Source: an uncultured Planctomyces sp. (GTDB lineage: Bacteria; Planctomycetota; Planctomycetia; Planctomycetales; Planctomycetaceae). From it: a stretch of DNA of 64,000 nt. Positions within the stretch are counted from its first letter, which is position 1. Every line of letters begins with the position of its first letter. The notes below the pieces were generated by a model. That model saw nothing but the letters and a program-made list of their open reading frames with translations, did not search any database and was not told where the DNA came from. Positions 60,562-64,000 of this stretch are shown here, in pieces. The stretch is taken from assembly GCA_937904325.1 (NCBI GenBank), contig CALGTK010000232.1:1172-65171 (forward strand). Direction: 5' to 3'. Both the position numbers and the translations under genes were made by a program.

Positions 60562-61913
60562 CAACTCATATTCGCAAGTTGAATCAGCTTTCCCGCCGAA
60601 CGATCCTCAAAGGTCTCGGGACGACGATGAGCCTTCCTCTACTGGAAGGTATGTTATCGAACAATGGTCTGGCGGCAGGAGCGTCAACTGACGCACCGCT
60701 GCGAACCGCGTACGTCTTCTTTCCAAACGGCGCAATCATGCCGGAGTGGACTCCGGAGACCGACGGTGAGAACTTCGAATTCTCAAAAACGCTGAAGCCA
60801 CTGGAGTCTTTCCGAGACAGCCTGAACATTATCAGCGGTCTCGCACAGGACAACGGCCGCTCGAAGGGCGACGGCCCCGGCGATCATGCTCGGTCTGCAT
60901 CGACGTTTCTGACCGGCGCACATCCGGTTAAAACCGCCGGAGCTGACATTAAAGTTGGTATGTCGGCGGACCAGTTTGCTGCTCAGCAAATCGGAAAAAA
61001 AACACGACTGCCTTCGCTGGAAGTTGGCCTCGAATCCGGACGTACCGCCGGCAGTTGCGACTCGGGTTACAGTTGTGCGTACTCGTCGACAGTCAGTTGG
61101 AAGACCGAGCACACACCGATGCCGGTCGAAATAAATCCGAAACTGGTCTTCGATCGGCTCTTCAGTTCCTCAAACGGGTCACCTCAAGAGCGAGCAAAAC
61201 GGGCAAAGTATCGACGCAGCATTCTGGACATCGTTGCGGACGACGCTCAGCGTTTGAGTAAAAGTCTCGGCAAGACGGACCGCCGCAAGATCGACGAATA
61301 TTTCACCAGCGTCCGCGAGATCGAACAGCGCATCGGCCAGGCGGAACAGTCTGCAAAGCTTGAAACCCCCGACTTTAAAATCCCCGACGGAGTGCCACGC
61401 GACCTCGCTCAGCATTCAAAGCTGATGTACGACCTGATGCTCCTTGCCTTCCGGACGGACAGCACGCGTATCGCGACGATGATGCTGGCAACCGAAGGCA
61501 GCAACCGCAGCTACCCCTGGGTTGGCGTCAACAGCGGGCACCATTCGCTGTCACACCACCGTGATGACAAACGGAAGATCTCCGATCTTCAGAAGATCGA
61601 TAATTTCCACGTCACGCAATTTGCTTACTTCCTGAAGCGACTGAGCGAAACGAAAGACGGCAACGGTTCTCTGCTCGATCATTCGATGATTGTGCTCGGC
61701 AGCGGCCTGGGAGACGGCAACCGCCACCGCCACGACGAGTTGCCGATCGTAGTGGCCGGAGGTGCATCGGGAACCGTCAGGAACGGTCGCCATATCCACC
61801 TCAAGGATGAAACGCCGTTGAACAACCTGTTTCTGTCCATGTTCGAGCGGACGGGTGTAAAAACAGAATCTTTTGGTGACAGCAGCGGCCTGCTGAAAGA
61901 GATCGACGCGTAG
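60558..61913 (+). CDS. DUF1552 family protein (Tat signal)
   Basis: The sequence includes LSRRTILKGLGTTMSLPLLEGM and GDHARSASTFLTG. An ATGA overlap with the upstream gene marks the classical DUF1592-type/DUF1552 gene pair. Confidence 0.9.
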   Translation: MTTHIRKLNQLSRRTILKGLGTTMSLPLLEGMLSNNGLAAGASTDAPLRTAYVFFPNGAIMPEWTPETDGENFEFSKTLKPLESFRDSLNIISGLAQDNGRSKGDGPGDHARSASTFLTGAHPVKTAGADIKVGMSADQFAAQQIGKKTRLPSLEVGLESGRTAGSCDSGYSCAYSSTVSWKTEHTPMPVEINPKLVFDRLFSSSNGSPQERAKRAKYRRSILDIVADDAQRLSKSLGKTDRRKIDEYFTSVREIEQRIGQAEQSAKLETPDFKIPDGVPRDLAQHSKLMYDLMLLAFRTDSTRIATMMLATEGSNRSYPWVGVNSGHHSLSHHRDDKRKISDLQKIDNFHVTQFAYFLKRLSETKDGNGSLLDHSMIVLGSGLGDGNRHRHDELPIVVAGGASGTVRNGRHIHLKDETPLNNLFLSMFERTGVKTESFGDSSGLLKEIDA

Positions 61914-62145
61914 CAGGATCGACTTCTCAGCCTGCTTTCGACGAGCCGTCCGCATTCCCGCGAGGCGAGTGCACAGAATCTGCTATGCCCTCACAGCCGG
62001 GCACGCAGTTTCTCGAATCGAAGTGTTTGCGATATTCTGCACTCCCGACGCGCCGGACCTGACTCGACAATCCCGGGCACCGATATCGAAGACTGAGCAA
62101 ACGACCAACCGCCACCACTACGAAACATCTGGAATCGCTTTCGAA

Positions 62146-63342
62146 ATGAAATACGTGCTTGTTATCCCGGACGGAGCCGCCGATGAGCCTCAAGAATTGT
62201 TAGGCGGCCTGACTCCTTTTCAAGCAGCGAAGACTCCGAATATGGACGCGGTCGCTGTGGCTGGAGTCGTTGGACGAGCAAATCACATCCCCGATTCCAT
62301 GCCTTCAGGCAGCGACGTAGGGACGATGAGTCTTTTTGGTTACGACCCGTTGAAGTTTCACACCGGACGAGCCCCCCTGGAAGCCGCCGCGCAAGGCATT
62401 GAACTTGGAGCCGACGACTGGGCGATCCGCTGTAACCTGGTGACAGTCCTCGACGGCGTGATGAAAAGTTTCACGGCCGGCCAGATGCCAAACGACATCG
62501 GCGCGAACCTCGTTCAGCTTCTGCAGAAGGATCAGTGCGGCAGCGAAAACTGGAAGTTCTACCAGGGCGTCAGCTACCGGAATCTGCTGCTGTATAGATC
62601 TCGGAATGGTGCGGCACCATTTTCAGTGGAGACACAGTCGACACCGCCGCACGACATTACCGATCAGGAAATTACACCGCATCTTCCGACGGGACCGGGA
62701 GCTGATCAGCTTCTTGATCTGATGCAGCGAAGTGTTTCGTTATTTGCGACCAACGAAGCGAACACCGCTCGCAGTGACAATGCAGCAACTCAGACATGGC
62801 TATGGGGCATTGGTAAGCGACCAGCGTTGACTCCGTTCAAAGAGCGATTTGGCGTTCACAGCGCTGTCATCACCGCCGTCGACCTTTTAAGAGGCATCGG
62901 GCGGTTGCTCGGTTGGAACGTAATCGAGGTCGAGGGTGCAACCGGATATCTCGACACCGACTACGCGGCGAAAGGTCGGGCGGCAATTGAAACTCTGCAA
63001 GATCACGATTTCGTCATCGTGCATGTCGAGGCGTCCGACGAAGCGTCTCACGAAGGAGAAGCCGACGCCAAGGTCGAAGCCCTGGAAAGAATCGACGCCG
63101 ACATCGTCGGGCCGATTCACGAGCACCTGAAGTCTCAGGGCGACTATCGGCTACTCCTATCACCAGACCATCCGACGTTTTTGCGGACGAAGACTCACGC
63201 GCATGGCTACGTGCCGGTCGGAGCCTGCGGAACGGGAATCGATTCCGACTCGGCATCGACCTACGACGACGTCAGCGCCGCGGAGTCGAGCATTATCTTC
63301 GAGCAGGGCTGTGACCTGATGCCTTGGTTCCTGCAGAAATAA
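62146..63342 (+). CDS. apgM: Cofactor-independent phosphoglycerate mutase, archaeal (ApgM) type, or close paralogue
   Basis: The protein begins MKYVLVIPDGAADEP and contains KTPNMD, SGSDVGTMSLFGYDP and VHVEASDEASHEG. It is 398 aa from the ATG at 62146. Confidence 0.85.
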   Translation: MKYVLVIPDGAADEPQELLGGLTPFQAAKTPNMDAVAVAGVVGRANHIPDSMPSGSDVGTMSLFGYDPLKFHTGRAPLEAAAQGIELGADDWAIRCNLVTVLDGVMKSFTAGQMPNDIGANLVQLLQKDQCGSENWKFYQGVSYRNLLLYRSRNGAAPFSVETQSTPPHDITDQEITPHLPTGPGADQLLDLMQRSVSLFATNEANTARSDNAATQTWLWGIGKRPALTPFKERFGVHSAVITAVDLLRGIGRLLGWNVIEVEGATGYLDTDYAAKGRAAIETLQDHDFVIVHVEASDEASHEGEADAKVEALERIDADIVGPIHEHLKSQGDYRLLLSPDHPTFLRTKTHAHGYVPVGACGTGIDSDSASTYDDVSAAESSIIFEQGCDLMPWFLQK

Positions 63343-63428
63343 TCTTCTGGATCGCAAAGTCGATGTCAGAGCACGCGACGCTCCAACAATGACGGAGAGC
63401 TCCACCCACAAAATCTGTCATGCCGAGG

Positions 63429-63446
63429 GGTGCGTCAAGACGCACC
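63429..63446. repeat. Short GC-rich hairpin GGTGCGTC-AA-GACGCACC
   Basis: This is a perfect 8-bp inverted repeat in an intergenic region. A GCCTCGAGGC palindrome sharing the word TCGAGGCGCA with the 15938 hairpin follows about 30 nt later. Confidence 0.3.
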
Positions 63447-63562
63447 ATCTGACTATCTTGCAGCTTGAAATTGTGCCTCGAGGCGCATTCTGCTTTTCTG
63501 CGTCAAGCGGCGATGAATTCAACGTTTTCGCGACATACCACCAATTCTGGAAAGACACTCCG

Positions 63563-64000
63563 ATGAAATTCGCAATCTGTCAGGAACTCTACGAAGGCTG
63601 GGAATGGGAACGTCAGTGCGAGTTTTCCGCGAGTCTTGGTTACAAGGGACTTGAACTCGCTCCGTTTACGCTGGGCGATCGCATTTCGGACGTGAGTGCC
63701 GAACAACGGGCGACTCTTAGGAAGCAGGCCGAAGATCACGGATTGGAGATCATCGGGCTGCACTGGCTACTGGCCAAAACGGAAGGACTGCATCTGACAA
63801 CTTCCGATGCGAATGTAAGAAATGCCACCAGCGAGTACCTGATAGAACTCGGCCATGCGTGTGCCGACTTTGGCGGCAGCGTGATGGTTTTCGGGTCGCC
63901 GTTTCAAAGGAACCTCGAAGACGGCATGTCGACTGACCAGGCAATGGCAAACGCGGCCGAAGTCTTCAAGACATGTCTGCCAGCTTTTGCCGATCGAGGC
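63563..64000 (+). CDS. Sugar phosphate isomerase/epimerase (xylose isomerase-like TIM barrel), 5' part, runs off the window
   Basis: It is not in the ORF track because no stop is reached. The frame is open from the ATG at 63563 to the window end. It reads MKFAICQELYEGWEWERQCEFSASLGYKGLELAPFTL...LEIIGLHWLL...GGSVMVFGSP. Confidence 0.75.
   Translation, partial: MKFAICQELYEGWEWERQCEFSASLGYKGLELAPFTLGDRISDVSAEQRATLRKQAEDHGLEIIGLHWLLAKTEGLHLTTSDANVRNATSEYLIELGHACADFGGSVMVFGSPFQRNLEDGMSTDQAMANAAEVFKTCLPAFADRG

Overview
This is a densely coding 64-kb chromosomal segment that looks planctomycetal. It carries a DUF1559 pseudopilin-like gene, a DUF1592-type/DUF1552 pair, PPC-domain and LRR proteins, a giant Ser/Thr kinase and a PVC-type small basic protein. 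About 47 protein genes are supported. Core metabolism genes (eno, serA, ispH, prlC, purA, pyrE, an archaeal-type phosphoglycerate mutase, a thiolase) are interleaved with accessory and phylum-typical genes. I found no rRNA, tRNA, CRISPR array, transposase, integrase or phage genes. The main points for follow-up are: (1) a DUF692 (MNIO-type RiPP oxidase) + DUF2063 pair with no visible precursor gene, where the DUF692 frame is broken by one in-frame TGA at a conserved Gly codon; (2) a 162-bp element with 30-nt terminal inverted repeats that fills an intercistronic gap (MITE-like or a giant RNA hairpin); (3) a DUF1559 pseudopilin-like gene co-oriented with an FHA + 2xGYF + TM + carboxypeptidase-regulatory-domain fusion, close to a 1235-aa Ser/Thr kinase; (4) a YhdT-like + PanF-like symporter operon in which the transporter carries a roughly 200-aa insertion; (5) an ABC-type solute-binding protein coupled to an MFS transporter; (6) a flavoprotein/DUF1365/Cfa lipid-modification cluster with 4-nt gene overlaps, and a small Flp-pilin-like ORF at its 3' end; (7) a decayed SNF2 helicase remnant with a mappable 1-nt deletion; (8) REP-like and short GC-rich hairpin repeats in intergenic DNA. 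All functional calls come from motif recognition by eye in the supplied translations. No database search was run.
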